From: Bacillota bacterium
GTDB lineage: Bacteria > Gemmatimonadota > Gemmatimonadetes > Gemmatimonadales > GWC2-71-9
Assembly: GCA_050257015.1 (NCBI GenBank)
Contig: JBLMWC010000012.1
Span: 2,712 to 66,711 of the forward strand
DNA length: 64,000 nucleotides
Direction of reading: 5' to 3'
Notes under the pieces: model-generated
What the model was told of the DNA's origin: nothing
What the model saw: only the letters and a program-made list of their open reading frames with translations
Database searches by the model: none
In this document: positions 20,020 through 29,494 of the stretch, piece after piece
Position numbering within the stretch: position 1 is the stretch's first letter
Layout of the letters: every line of letters begins with the position of its first letter
Program-made: the position numbers and the translations under genes

Positions 20020-21473
20020 CACGCGCACTCCTCTTTGCGCTCGGGGCCGCGTCGGCGGTGACGGCGGCACGCCCGCTCGATGCCCAGCAGCTCGACCGCT
20101 CGAAGCGACCGGCCGCCGCCGCGGCGCCGGCGGTGGTCGCGCCCGTCGTCGTGAAGCGCACGCTGCCGAACGGACTGCAGGTCTGGACCGTGACACGCCG
20201 CGAGCTCCCGATCGTGAACGCGCTCCTCCTGATCCGGGCGGGGTCGGCGGTGGACGGCGCCGCTCCCGGCATCGCCGATGTGACCGCCTCGCTGCTCGAT
20301 GACGGCGCCGGCGGCCTCTCGTCGCTCGAATTCGCCAACGCGCTCGACTTCCTCGGCGCGAATCTCGGCGCCAGCGCGGCGGCGGAGCAGACGCAGGTCT
20401 CCCTGCTCACGCTTCGGAAGCACGCCGACTCGGCGTTCGCGCTGATGGGCGACATGGTCGTGCGACCCGCGCTTGCGCAGGAGGAGATCGAGCGCGAGCG
20501 CAGTGCCCGGCTCCAGTCGCTCCGCCAGCAGAAGGACCGGCCGACGATCATCGCCTCCCAGACCTTCGATCGCCTGGTCTACGGCGCCGCACACCCCTAC
20601 GGTCACCCGTCGAACGGCACCATCGAGAGCGTCGGCAAGCTCACCCGCGGCGACATCGCCGCGTTCTACGACGCGTACTACCGACCGAACAACGCCGTGC
20701 TGATCGTGGTGGGCGATGTCACGCCGGCCGACGCGCAGCGACTGGCGGCCCGGGCCTTTGGCGAGTGGCAGCGGAAGCCGGTGCCGGCGCTCGCCGAGGC
20801 GGTGCCGGGCCGGCCCGGCGCAAAGGCGACGGCGGTGTATCTGGTAGACAAGCCGGGCGCGGCCCAGAGCGAGATCCGGATCGGTCACCCGCTGACCTCC
20901 CGTTCGATGTCGCCCGACTACTACGCGCTCCGGGTGCTCAACGCGGCGCTGGGCGGCGCGTTTACCTCGCGGGTCAACCTGAACATCAGGGAATCGAAGG
21001 GCTACACCTACGGCGCACGGACGGGGATGACGTTCAACCGGGGTGACGGGCCCTTCGTGGCGAGCGCCGGCGTCTTCACCGCCAAGACCGACAGCTCGCT
21101 GATCGAGTTCATGAAGGAGATCCGCGACATCCGGGGGGCGCGGCCGCTGACGCCGGCGGAGACCGAGTTCGCCAAGGCGTCGCTCATCCGGGCCTACCCG
21201 CGCGCGCTCGAGACGAACGCGGGGGTCGCCGCGACGCTGGCCGACCTGGCGTTCTTCCGCCTCCCCGACGCCGAGCTCACCGGCTATCTCACGAAGCTGG
21301 GCCAGGTGAAGGCGGCGGACGTGACCCGGGTGGCGCAGAAGTACCTCTCGCCGGACAGCAGCGTGATCGTCGTGGTGGGAGATCTGGCGAAGATTCAGCC
21401 AGGCATCGAGGCCCTGCATCTGGGCCCGGTGACGGTGCTGGACGCGGAGGGAATGGCGGCCGCATCGCGCTGA
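20016..21473 (+). CDS. Secreted M16 family protein lacking HxxEH (paralog of 17201-18640)
   Basis: Signal peptide, ..GSAVDGAAPGIADVTASLLDDGAGG.., no HxxEH. ATGA overlap. Confidence 0.85.
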   Translation: MTRALLFALGAASAVTAARPLDAQQLDRSKRPAAAAAPAVVAPVVVKRTLPNGLQVWTVTRRELPIVNALLLIRAGSAVDGAAPGIADVTASLLDDGAGGLSSLEFANALDFLGANLGASAAAEQTQVSLLTLRKHADSAFALMGDMVVRPALAQEEIERERSARLQSLRQQKDRPTIIASQTFDRLVYGAAHPYGHPSNGTIESVGKLTRGDIAAFYDAYYRPNNAVLIVVGDVTPADAQRLAARAFGEWQRKPVPALAEAVPGRPGAKATAVYLVDKPGAAQSEIRIGHPLTSRSMSPDYYALRVLNAALGGAFTSRVNLNIRESKGYTYGARTGMTFNRGDGPFVASAGVFTAKTDSSLIEFMKEIRDIRGARPLTPAETEFAKASLIRAYPRALETNAGVAATLADLAFFRLPDAELTGYLTKLGQVKAADVTRVAQKYLSPDSSVIVVVGDLAKIQPGIEALHLGPVTVLDAEGMAAASR

Positions 21474-21562
21474 CGAGAGGCCACCGGCCGGTCTGAGAAC
21501 TTCCAGGGCGCGGGGACCGCTGTGTGCCGGGTCCCCGCGCCCTGGTTTATCTTGGACTTCCC

Positions 21563-22129
21563 ATGCTGATATCCTCCACACGCATTCACGCCGGCCGGGT
21601 CGTCAATCTCGACCTGGACACAGTCGAGTTCCCCGACGGGTCCACCGGCACGCTCGAGATGATCCGTCATCCCGGGGCGGCAGCGGTGCTCCCGTTCCTC
21701 GATGACGCCGCGGCGGACGACCCGCTCGTCCTGTTCATCCGCCAGTTCCGCCACGCGGCCGACCGCTACATCTGGGAGATCCCCGCCGGCTGCCTCGATC
21801 CCGGCGAGCTGCCGGAAGACTGCGCCCGGCGCGAGCTCCGCGAGGAGACCGGCTACTCCGCCAGCGAGTTCCGGCCGCTTACGACGATCTTCACGACGCC
21901 GGGCTTCACCGACGAGCGGATCCATCTCTATTCCGCGCACGGACTCGCCGCGGGCGAGGCCGCCCGCGAAGCCGACGAGTTCGTCGAGCTCCACGAACTC
22001 CGCTGGTCCGACGTGCTGGCGATGGCTGAGCGCGGCGAGATCCGCGACGGCAAGACGCTCTCCGCCGTGTGGTACTTCCAGTGTTTCCGCCGCCCGGCCG
22101 CCATTTCACCCGGCGGTCCGCGGCGGTAA
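21563..22129 (+). CDS. NUDIX hydrolase (ADP-ribose pyrophosphatase-like)
   Basis: Nudix box ..GCLDPGELPEDCARRELREETGY... The N-terminus IHAGRVVNLDLDTVEFPDGSTG is typical of ADPRase. The track start is GTG 21524; I prefer ATG 21563. Confidence 0.85.
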   Translation: MLISSTRIHAGRVVNLDLDTVEFPDGSTGTLEMIRHPGAAAVLPFLDDAAADDPLVLFIRQFRHAADRYIWEIPAGCLDPGELPEDCARRELREETGYSASEFRPLTTIFTTPGFTDERIHLYSAHGLAAGEAAREADEFVELHELRWSDVLAMAERGEIRDGKTLSAVWYFQCFRRPAAISPGGPRR

Positions 22130-22137
22130 CATTCCGC

Positions 22138-23193
22138 ATGCCTGTGCAATCGCGTAAGGATGTGGGCGCCGCACTGAAGAAGGGCGTCCTGGCTCCCGCC
22201 TACTACCTGTACGGCCCCGAGGACGTGCTGAAGGACGAGATCGTCCGCGCGGTGCTCGATCGCGCGGTGGATCCGTCGCTCCGGGACTTCAACTACGATC
22301 AGCGCTCCGCCGCCTCGCTCGACCCCGAGGCGATCGAGGCCCTCTGCAACACCCTCCCGATGATGGCCGAACGGCGCGTCGTCCTGATCCGCGACGTCGA
22401 GGCATGGAAGCGGAAGCCGAAGGCCCGGGCGGCGCTGATCCGCTACCTCGAGCAGCCGGCCGCCGAGACGGTGGTCCTGCTGGTGCAGGGCCCGGGCGAG
22501 GAGGACGCCGACAAGGATTTCGCGCGACTCGCCGTCACCGTCGAGTGCGACGCCCTCCCCCCGGCGGAGCTCATGAAGTGGCTCACGACCCGAGCGGGCG
22601 AGCGGGGGGTCGCCTTCGCGCCGGGCGCGGCGGAGCATCTGCTCAAGTGCGTCGGATCGAGTCCCACCCTGCTCCGCATCGAGTTGGACAAGCTCGCGTC
22701 ACTGCCCGCTGGAGAAGCGGTGACGGTCGAGCAGGTTGCCGCGCTCGTCGGCATTCAGCACGGCGAGACCGTCCTCGACTGGCGCGACGCGGTCATGGAG
22801 GGGAACGCCGCCCGTGCCGTCACTCTCCTTGGCCGGGTGCTCGAGCAGTCGGGGGTGTCGGGGGTGAGCCTCGTGAGCCTCCTCGGCACGTCGCTGATCG
22901 GCGTGGGAGTCGTGCGCGGCGCGTACGAGCGGCGGATGCGCGGCGCGGCCCTCGAGCGGGCCGCGATGGACGCGCTTCGCACCGGGCGCCCGGGCCGTCT
23001 CGGACCGTGGAAGGAAGAGGCCGCGCTCTGGGCCCGCTGGGCCGAGAGCTGGCCGCTGTCGCGCATCTCAGCCGCACTCCGCGCGGCACTCGCCACCGAC
23101 CGCGCGCTCAAGAACACGGCGCTTTCCGACGAGCGCGGGCTCGTCGCCGACCTGGTGATGCGGCTGGCGCTGGGCCCGGCGGTGGCGGCATGA
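22138..23193 (+). CDS. holA: DNA polymerase III subunit delta
   Basis: APAYYLYGPEDVLKDEIV..DFNYDQRSAASLDPEAIEALCNTLPMMAERRVVLIRDVEAW matches the HolA N-terminal pattern. ATG 22138 is chosen within the longer track ORF that starts at 22069. Confidence 0.8.
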   Translation: MPVQSRKDVGAALKKGVLAPAYYLYGPEDVLKDEIVRAVLDRAVDPSLRDFNYDQRSAASLDPEAIEALCNTLPMMAERRVVLIRDVEAWKRKPKARAALIRYLEQPAAETVVLLVQGPGEEDADKDFARLAVTVECDALPPAELMKWLTTRAGERGVAFAPGAAEHLLKCVGSSPTLLRIELDKLASLPAGEAVTVEQVAALVGIQHGETVLDWRDAVMEGNAARAVTLLGRVLEQSGVSGVSLVSLLGTSLIGVGVVRGAYERRMRGAALERAAMDALRTGRPGRLGPWKEEAALWARWAESWPLSRISAALRAALATDRALKNTALSDERGLVADLVMRLALGPAVAA

Positions 23194-24245
23194 TGCGCGG
23201 CGTCGTGCTCGCCGCCGTGGCCGCGCTCGCCCTCGCCGCGGCGCGGACCGCCGATGCACAGTCCGACCCGCGGCTCCTCGCCGCGGTGCGCTCCGCCCAG
23301 GAGGGCCAGGGCGATTCCGCGCGCGCCGTGCTCGGCCGCCTCCTGGCGGCGACGCCGACGGCGGACACCCTCTACCCGCAGATCCTCTACAGTCTCGGAC
23401 TCGTGGCCGCCGACGTGAGTGAGCGCGAGCACCACCTCCAGCGCGTCGCCGTCGAGTATCCCCTCTCCCCCTGGGCCGACGACGCGCTCCTCCTGCTCGC
23501 GGAGAGCGACTACGCCGGCGGCAACCTTCCCGGCACCGCCCGCGACCTCGAGCGGATTCGCAAGGATTTCCCCGCGTCACCGATCCTGCCGAAGGCCGCG
23601 GTCTGGGCCGCGCGCACCTATTTCGACATGGGGAACCAGCGCGCCGCATGCAGCTGGCTCGCGGCCGGCCTCCACGCGCGCAGCGACGCGGAAACGCGCA
23701 CCCAGCTCCGCTTCCAGGCACAGCGGTGCGGTGCGCTGATCGCCGCCGCCGACACGATCCCGCCACCGGATACCGTGGTGGTCGCGGCGGTCACGCCGGT
23801 GGTAACGCCGGTCACTCCGGCCGTGACTCCGGCGGCGCCCCCACCGGCCGCGGCGCCGCCGCCCACCCGCGACACGGTCCAGGTACCCGCCGACACGACG
23901 CCGAAGCCGAAGCCGGTGCCCCCGGTCGCGGCGCCGTCGCGGCCGGTGCGTGACACCACGCCCATCCAGCGGATCGACACGGTGCGGGTGAACCTGCCGC
24001 CGGCGATCGCGCGGCCTGCGCCGGCCGGCCGCTTCCGGGTGCAGCTCGCCGCCGCCGGAAGCCGCGCCGAGGCCGACGGCATCGTCCGCAGTCTGCGCGC
24101 GCGCGGGATCGAGAGCGACGTGACCGAAGTACAGGGCTACTTCAAGGTGCGCACCGGCCATTTCCCGACCAGCCGCGCCGCCCAGGCCGAAGCCACCCGG
24201 CTCCGCACGAAGCTCGGCAACGGCGCCTTCGTGGTGAGCGAGTGA
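23190..24245 (+). CDS. Secreted TPR-like / SPOR-domain protein (peptidoglycan-binding C-terminus)
   Basis: This is the real part of track ORF 22404-24245. It starts at the ATGATG that overlaps the holA stop. It has a signal peptide, a Pro/Thr/Val-rich linker, and a C-terminal RFRVQLAAAGSRAEADGIVRSLRARGIESDVTEVQGYFKVRTGHF, which resembles a SPOR fold. Confidence 0.7.
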   Translation: MMRGVVLAAVAALALAAARTADAQSDPRLLAAVRSAQEGQGDSARAVLGRLLAATPTADTLYPQILYSLGLVAADVSEREHHLQRVAVEYPLSPWADDALLLLAESDYAGGNLPGTARDLERIRKDFPASPILPKAAVWAARTYFDMGNQRAACSWLAAGLHARSDAETRTQLRFQAQRCGALIAAADTIPPPDTVVVAAVTPVVTPVTPAVTPAAPPPAAAPPPTRDTVQVPADTTPKPKPVPPVAAPSRPVRDTTPIQRIDTVRVNLPPAIARPAPAGRFRVQLAAAGSRAEADGIVRSLRARGIESDVTEVQGYFKVRTGHFPTSRAAQAEATRLRTKLGNGAFVVSE

Positions 24246-26842
24246 CCGCGCGAGCCGACCGGGCCGAGAGCGGCGAGGGCCGCGGCACGCCGCTCATGCA
24301 GCAGTACCGCGAGATCAAGGCGCGCCACCAGAACGCCATCCTCTTCTTCCGGATGGGCGACTTCTACGAAATGTTCTTCGACGACGCGGAGCTGGGCGCG
24401 CGGGTGCTCAACATCACGCTCACCGCGCGCGGCGACGGCGTGCCGCTCGCCGGCGTGCCGGTGAAGGCGGCGGCGGATTACCTGCGCCAGCTCGTCGCCG
24501 CGGGGCACCGCGTCGCCATCTGCGAGCAGGTGGAGGATCCGCGCTTCGCCCGCGGCATCGTGAAGCGGGCGGTGGTGGAGACGGTGACGCCGGGCGCAAT
24601 GCTGGAGGAGAGCTGGCTCGCCGGCGGGCGCAACAACTGGATCCTCGCCGTCTCGGCCGACGGCAGCCGGCACGGCATCGCCGCCATCGACCTGAGCACC
24701 GGCGAGTTCCTGCTGGAGACGCTCGAGGCCGGCATGCTCGACGAGGCGCTGGCCCGGCTCGCCCCCGCGGAAGTCGTGATCCCCGGCGACGCGACCCTCG
24801 CCGCGGGCGACGGCGTCCTCCAGAGCACGCGCGAGCGCTGGGAGTTCGATCCCGAGCTCGCGCGCGACGATCTCCGCCGCCGCTTCGCGCTCGCCTCGCT
24901 CGACGGCCTGGGAATCGGCGCCGACGACGGCGCGGCCGTCGGCGCGGCCGGCGCGCTTCTCCGCTATCTCACCGACCTCCAGCCGAGCGGGCTGCCGCAT
25001 CTCGCGCGGCCGGTGGTCCGCCGGAGCGAGTCGTGCCTCTGGCTCGACGAGATGACGCGGCGCAACCTCGAGCTGGTCGAGCCGCTCCGCTCCGGCGCCC
25101 GGAACTGCACCCTCCTCGAAGCGATCGACGGCACCGTCACCCCGATGGGTGCCCGGCTCCTCCGCCACTGGCTGCTCTCGCCGCTCCGGGACCCCGCCGC
25201 GATCAACGCGCGGCTCGACGCGGTCGATGTCATCGTCTCCGATTCCCGCGGCCGTGCGCGCCTCCGCGATGCGCTCGACGGCGTGCGCGATCTCGAGCGC
25301 CTCGCCGGCCGCGCCGCCGCCGGCCGTGCCACTCCGCGCGAGCTCGGCGCGCTGCGCGATTCGTTCCGCCGTCTCCCCGACGTCCTCGAGGCACTCACCG
25401 GTCTCGCCGGCCGCGACCGGAGCGCGGCGCTCGGCGCGGTCGAGCACGAATTCGACCTCCTCGCCGATCTCGCCGCCGAGCTCGGCCTGGGCCTCGAGGA
25501 GCGGCTGCCGGCGACGCTCGCCGACGGCGCCGTGATCCGCGAGGGCTACGATGCCGAGCTCGACGAGCTCCGCATGCTCCGGGACGGCGGGAAGCGCTAC
25601 ATCGCCGGTCTCCAGCAGCGCGAGCGCGAGCGCACCGGGATCCCGTCGCTCAAGGTCGGGTTCAACAAGGTCTTCGGCTACTACCTCGAGATCACCAACG
25701 CCCACGCGAGCCGGGTCCCCGCGGAGTACGAGCGGCGACAGACCCTGGCCGGCGCCGAGCGCTACGTGACGCCCGAGCTCAAGGACTACGAAGCGAAGGT
25801 CCTTGGCGCCGAGGAGCGGATGGGGGTGCGGGAGGCGGAGCTGTTCGGCGCGCTGCGCGCCGCCGTCGGTCAGGCGGTCGAGCGGGTGCAGCGCACCGCG
25901 CGGGCGATCGCGCGGCTCGATGTGTGGACCAGTCTCGCCGAGCGCGCGGTGATTGGGCGCTACGTCCGCCCGGTCGTGAGCGACGACTTCACGCTGCGGC
26001 TCCGCGAGTGCCGCCACCCGGTGATCGAACGCCTGATGCCGCGGGAGTCGTTCATTCCGAACGACGTCCACTTCGACGAGGCGGAGCGCGTCCTGCTCGT
26101 GACCGGCCCGAACATGGCGGGCAAGAGCACGATCCTCCGGCAGATCGGCCTCTCGGTCGTGCTGGCGCAGATCGGCTCGTTCGTGCCGGCGGCCGAAGCC
26201 CGGATCGGCGTCGCCGACCGTCTCTTCACCCGGGTCGGCGCGAGCGACGACCTCGCGCGCGGCCAGTCCACCTTCATGGTGGAGATGAGCGAGACCAGCG
26301 CCATCCTCCACAACGCGACGGCGCGGAGCCTGGTGCTTCTCGACGAGATCGGGCGTGGCACCTCGACCTATGACGGCGTCGCAATCGCGTGGGCGGTGAC
26401 GGAGCATCTGCACGACCGCATCGGCTGCAAGACGATGTTCGCCACGCACTATCACGAGCTGATGCAGCTGCCCGAGCGACTGCAGCACGCGCGGAACTAC
26501 AACGTGGCGGTCCGCGAGTCGGGCGACACCGTCGTCTTCCTGCACCGGCTCGAGCCCGGCGGTACCGACCGGTCGTACGGCGTCCACGTCGCTCAGCTGG
26601 CGGGGCTTCCCGACGGGGTGGTGCGGCGCGCGAAGGAGGTGCTGCGGAAGCTGGAGGGAGAGCATCGCGTCGTGCAGGGACCGCCGCCCGCGCCGGGCGA
26701 TCCCGGCCAGCTGGCTCTCTTCGCGCCCGCGGAGCCGCATCCCGTACTGGGCCGGCTCCGCGGTCTCGACGTCAATTCGCTCACCCCGCTGGATGCGCTC
26801 AACCGCCTGGCCGAGCTCCAGCGCGAGGCGGGCGAAGGGTGA
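24242..26842 (+). CDS. mutS: DNA mismatch repair protein MutS
   Basis: TPLMQQYREIKARHQNAILFFRMGDFYEMFFDDA, Walker A GPNMAGKST, STFMVEMSET, DEIGRGTSTYDG. GTGA overlap with the upstream gene. Confidence 0.97.
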   Translation: MTARADRAESGEGRGTPLMQQYREIKARHQNAILFFRMGDFYEMFFDDAELGARVLNITLTARGDGVPLAGVPVKAAADYLRQLVAAGHRVAICEQVEDPRFARGIVKRAVVETVTPGAMLEESWLAGGRNNWILAVSADGSRHGIAAIDLSTGEFLLETLEAGMLDEALARLAPAEVVIPGDATLAAGDGVLQSTRERWEFDPELARDDLRRRFALASLDGLGIGADDGAAVGAAGALLRYLTDLQPSGLPHLARPVVRRSESCLWLDEMTRRNLELVEPLRSGARNCTLLEAIDGTVTPMGARLLRHWLLSPLRDPAAINARLDAVDVIVSDSRGRARLRDALDGVRDLERLAGRAAAGRATPRELGALRDSFRRLPDVLEALTGLAGRDRSAALGAVEHEFDLLADLAAELGLGLEERLPATLADGAVIREGYDAELDELRMLRDGGKRYIAGLQQRERERTGIPSLKVGFNKVFGYYLEITNAHASRVPAEYERRQTLAGAERYVTPELKDYEAKVLGAEERMGVREAELFGALRAAVGQAVERVQRTARAIARLDVWTSLAERAVIGRYVRPVVSDDFTLRLRECRHPVIERLMPRESFIPNDVHFDEAERVLLVTGPNMAGKSTILRQIGLSVVLAQIGSFVPAAEARIGVADRLFTRVGASDDLARGQSTFMVEMSETSAILHNATARSLVLLDEIGRGTSTYDGVAIAWAVTEHLHDRIGCKTMFATHYHELMQLPERLQHARNYNVAVRESGDTVVFLHRLEPGGTDRSYGVHVAQLAGLPDGVVRRAKEVLRKLEGEHRVVQGPPPAPGDPGQLALFAPAEPHPVLGRLRGLDVNSLTPLDALNRLAELQREAGEG

Positions 26843-26858
26843 AGCGCTAGCGCTTCAC
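26839..26858. repeat. Perfect 20-bp palindrome containing the stop codons of both convergent genes
   Basis: GTGAAGCGCTAGCGCTTCAC is its own reverse complement. The mutS TGA is at 26840-26842. The minus-strand gene's TAG is at 26847-26849. Confidence 0.9.
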
Positions 26859-27539
26859 GCCGGCCCGCGCCGCCTGCTGCGCGCGGTAGACCGCGATTTG
26901 CTGGCCGACCGAGTCACGGTAATGGAGCGCCCATTCGGCCTGCTTCGACGCCTCGTCCTTCCGCGCGTCGAGCATCTTCCCTTCCGCCTCCTGGATCGCG
27001 GTGTCGAGCCGGCCGAGGGCGGTGGAGTCGGCGGTGGCGCGGTCGGTGCGTTCCTGCCGGCGCCGGGTCAGCTCGAGCTCGGCATCGAACGCCTTGCCCC
27101 GTGCCTGCGCCCATTCGCGCTTCGCGCTCATCTCGGCGACCTGATCGTCGTACAGTGACTTGATCTCCTCCAGCACCTTCCGGTCCAGCTCCGCCTGCTT
27201 CCGCTTCAGTTCGAGGTCGGCGCGGTCGGCATCCCGGCCGTCCTTCCTGGCCAGGGAGGCACGGCTCTGGATCGCGTCGATGTCGGCCTTCTGCACCCTG
27301 AGCCGCGCGTCCACCCGGTCGCGCGCGTCCTTCAGGCGGTCGAGGCTGCGGGCGGCATCCTGCTCGTCCGCTCGCGCGTTCTCGATCCCCGAGCGGATGA
27401 CATTCTCGGGGCGCGGAGCAGTGAGGGCGACGATCGAATAGCTGCTGTCGGCCACCTGGGCCGGCAGTGCCGCGGGCAATGCGAGCAGGGCGGCGGTCAC
27501 CAGCGAGCAGCAAATGCCACCGCGTGAGCGGGTGGTCAT
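26847..27539 (-). CDS. Secreted coiled-coil hypothetical protein
   Basis: Signal peptide ..ALPAQV, followed by a highly charged R/E/D/K/A-rich helical sequence. I recognise no family. Confidence 0.55.
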   Translation of the reverse strand: MTTRSRGGICCSLVTAALLALPAALPAQVADSSYSIVALTAPRPENVIRSGIENARADEQDAARSLDRLKDARDRVDARLRVQKADIDAIQSRASLARKDGRDADRADLELKRKQAELDRKVLEEIKSLYDDQVAEMSAKREWAQARGKAFDAELELTRRRQERTDRATADSTALGRLDTAIQEAEGKMLDARKDEASKQAEWALHYRDSVGQQIAVYRAQQAARAGVKR

Positions 27540-27548
27540 GGAATCCTC

Positions 27549-28109
27549 TTGGGCTTCGGGTCCAACGACGAAATGTTCGGTGCCTCAATCTGCCCTTCCT
27601 CCACCGGGCCCGCCAGCGGCGATCGAATTCACCGCAGATTGGACGCGAGGGACGGCGACGGGGTAATTTTAGGTGTGGGCGCCTCGTGGAAACGCCGGAT
27701 CCGGCGGTCGTGCATCATCGCAGTCGCTGCGGGCGGGCTCGCCTGCCGCCGGGAACCGGTGCGTCCACCCGCCGAGCGGCCGGCCGTCGCCCCCGCCTCC
27801 GCACCTGAAGACGATCCGCCGGTCCCCCTGAACGCGAATACCCCGGCGCGCTACCCCTCGGCGCTGCTGCGCGCCGGGATCGAGGGTACCGTCGTCGTCC
27901 GCATGTACGTGGATGAACATGGCGCGCTGGTCCGCGACTCGATCCGCATCGCCGAGTCCAGCGGCTACCCCGCGCTCGACTCGGCGGCGCTCGCGGCCGC
28001 GCCGAAGCTCCGCTTCGCCCCGGCACTGCATGACGGCAAGCCGGCCCCCGCACCGTTCCTTCAACCGTTTCAGTTCCGGAATCCCGCCCGGACGGAAATC
28101 ACCCCATGA
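27549..28109 (+). CDS. TonB C-terminal domain protein (energy transducer TonB-like)
   Basis: TM helix SCIIAVAAGGLA, a Pro-rich linker, then YPSALLRAGIEGTVVVRMYVDEHGALV..SSGYPALDSAALAAAPKLRFAPA, which is the TonB_C pattern. The start is uncertain (TTG 27549 in the track, ATG 27573 or GTG 27675). Confidence 0.75.
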   Translation: MGFGSNDEMFGASICPSSTGPASGDRIHRRLDARDGDGVILGVGASWKRRIRRSCIIAVAAGGLACRREPVRPPAERPAVAPASAPEDDPPVPLNANTPARYPSALLRAGIEGTVVVRMYVDEHGALVRDSIRIAESSGYPALDSAALAAAPKLRFAPALHDGKPAPAPFLQPFQFRNPARTEITP

Positions 28110-29494
28110 GCCACCCGCACCTCAAGCCGTACGACTCCGTGCTGGACACCATCGGCTGGACTCCGCTCATCCGGCTCGCCCGGGTCGGCTCGGGCGTCCG
28201 GACACCGGTCTACGGCAAGGCGGAAAACGTGAACCCCGGCGGCTCGGTCAAGGATCGCATCGGCCTCGCGATCATCGAGGACGCCGAGCGACGGGGCGAG
28301 CTCAAGCCGGGCGGAACCGTGGTCGAGGGAACGAGCGGGAACACCGGGGTCGGGCTCGCCATCGCGGCGGCGCTCCGGGGCTATCGCTGCATCTTCACCC
28401 TGCCGGACAAGATGTCCCAGGAGAAGGTCCGCCTGCTCAAGGCGTACGGCGCCGAGGTCGTGATCACCCCGACCGCAGTCCCGCCCGATCATCCCGACAA
28501 CTACGTGATGAAGGCCAAGCAGATCGTGAAGGAGACGCCCGGCGCGATCCTGGCCAACCAGTTCTACAACCAGGTCAACCCGGAGGCGCACTACCGGACG
28601 ACCGGCCCTGAGATCTGGGAGCAGACCGGCGGCCGCGTCACCCATTTCGTGGCGGGGGCAGGAACCGGCGGCACGGTGAGCGGTGCGGGCAAGTACCTCA
28701 AGGAGAAGAACCCGAAGATCCGGGTGATCGCCGGCGACCCGGTCGGCTCGCTCTACACCGGGTACGCCCGGACCCACTCGATGGGCGAGGGGCATCCCTA
28801 CAAGGTCGAGGGCATCGGCGGCGACAAGATCCCGAGCACCATCTGGTTCGACTTCATCGACGAATGGCGCCAGGTAGGCGACCGGGCGGCGATGGCGATG
28901 GCGCGCCGCGTCTCCCGCGAGGAGGGGATTCTCGTCGGCGGCTCGGCCGGGCTCAACGTGCAGCTGGCGCTCGACATCGCCCGCGAGCTCGACGATCCGA
29001 ACGCGCTTGTCGTCACGATCCTCTGCGACACCGGCGAGCGCTACCTCTCGAAGCTCTTCAACGACGAGTGGATGCAGGAAAACCAGCTGCTCGAGAAGCC
29101 CGAGCGCACCGTCGAGGATCTCCTCCGGTACCGCCAGAGCGGCGCGCCGCCGCTCGTGAGCGTGGCACCCGCCGCCGCCGTGCGGCAGGCGCTCAACCTC
29201 ATGAGCACGTGGGGCGTGAGTCAGATCCCGGTGGTCGAGAACGACGACTGCGTCGGCGGACTCATCGAAGGCACCCTCATGACGCGGGCGCTGGCCCAGC
29301 CGGCGCTGCTCGACCGGCCGGTGCGCGAGGTCATGGAGGCGCCGTTCCCGATCGTGGACGCACAGTTCCCCACCGATCGCCTGGCGCCGATGCTCACCCG
29401 CGAGAGCCCGGCGGCGCTGGTTCAGAAGGACGGCAGCTTCATCGGGATCGTGAGCCGCTACGACGTCCTCCAGCAGCTGATCGGAACCCGCTGA
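28106..29494 (+). CDS. Cystathionine beta-synthase-like PLP enzyme (CysK-fold plus tandem CBS domains)
   Basis: GKAENVNPGGSVKDRIG (PLP lysine), GTSGNTGVGLA, and a C-terminal CBS pair (..VSQIPVVENDDCVGGL.., ..ALVQKDGSFIGIVSRYDVL). ATGA overlap with the upstream gene. Confidence 0.85.
   Translation: MSHPHLKPYDSVLDTIGWTPLIRLARVGSGVRTPVYGKAENVNPGGSVKDRIGLAIIEDAERRGELKPGGTVVEGTSGNTGVGLAIAAALRGYRCIFTLPDKMSQEKVRLLKAYGAEVVITPTAVPPDHPDNYVMKAKQIVKETPGAILANQFYNQVNPEAHYRTTGPEIWEQTGGRVTHFVAGAGTGGTVSGAGKYLKEKNPKIRVIAGDPVGSLYTGYARTHSMGEGHPYKVEGIGGDKIPSTIWFDFIDEWRQVGDRAAMAMARRVSREEGILVGGSAGLNVQLALDIARELDDPNALVVTILCDTGERYLSKLFNDEWMQENQLLEKPERTVEDLLRYRQSGAPPLVSVAPAAAVRQALNLMSTWGVSQIPVVENDDCVGGLIEGTLMTRALAQPALLDRPVREVMEAPFPIVDAQFPTDRLAPMLTRESPAALVQKDGSFIGIVSRYDVLQQLIGTR

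Noticed and set aside
15825-21473. M16 pairs as PqqF/PqqG, the PQQ-precursor-processing protease, given the nearby PQQ enzyme
   Set aside because: All four proteins have N-terminal signal peptides, so they are exported, whereas PqqA processing is cytoplasmic. They are 12 kb from xoxF with unrelated genes between, and there is no pqqA-E nearby.
22404-24245. 613-aa ORF as a single large protein
   Set aside because: The first 262 codons are an off-frame read through holA with Arg/Gly/Pro-rich composition. A signal-peptide-bearing start (ATGATG at 23190) coincides with the holA stop.
24137-26740. 867-aa minus-strand ORF opposite mutS. The same class includes 8686-10353, 11800-13620, 15747-17303, 19929-21581, 33564-35093, 37820-39595, 55986-57566 and 60079-62424.
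   Set aside because: All lie antisense or out of frame to genes with clear family motifs. They have R/G/A/P/D/H-dominated composition and no recognisable domains. Long stop-free alternative frames are expected at this GC content.
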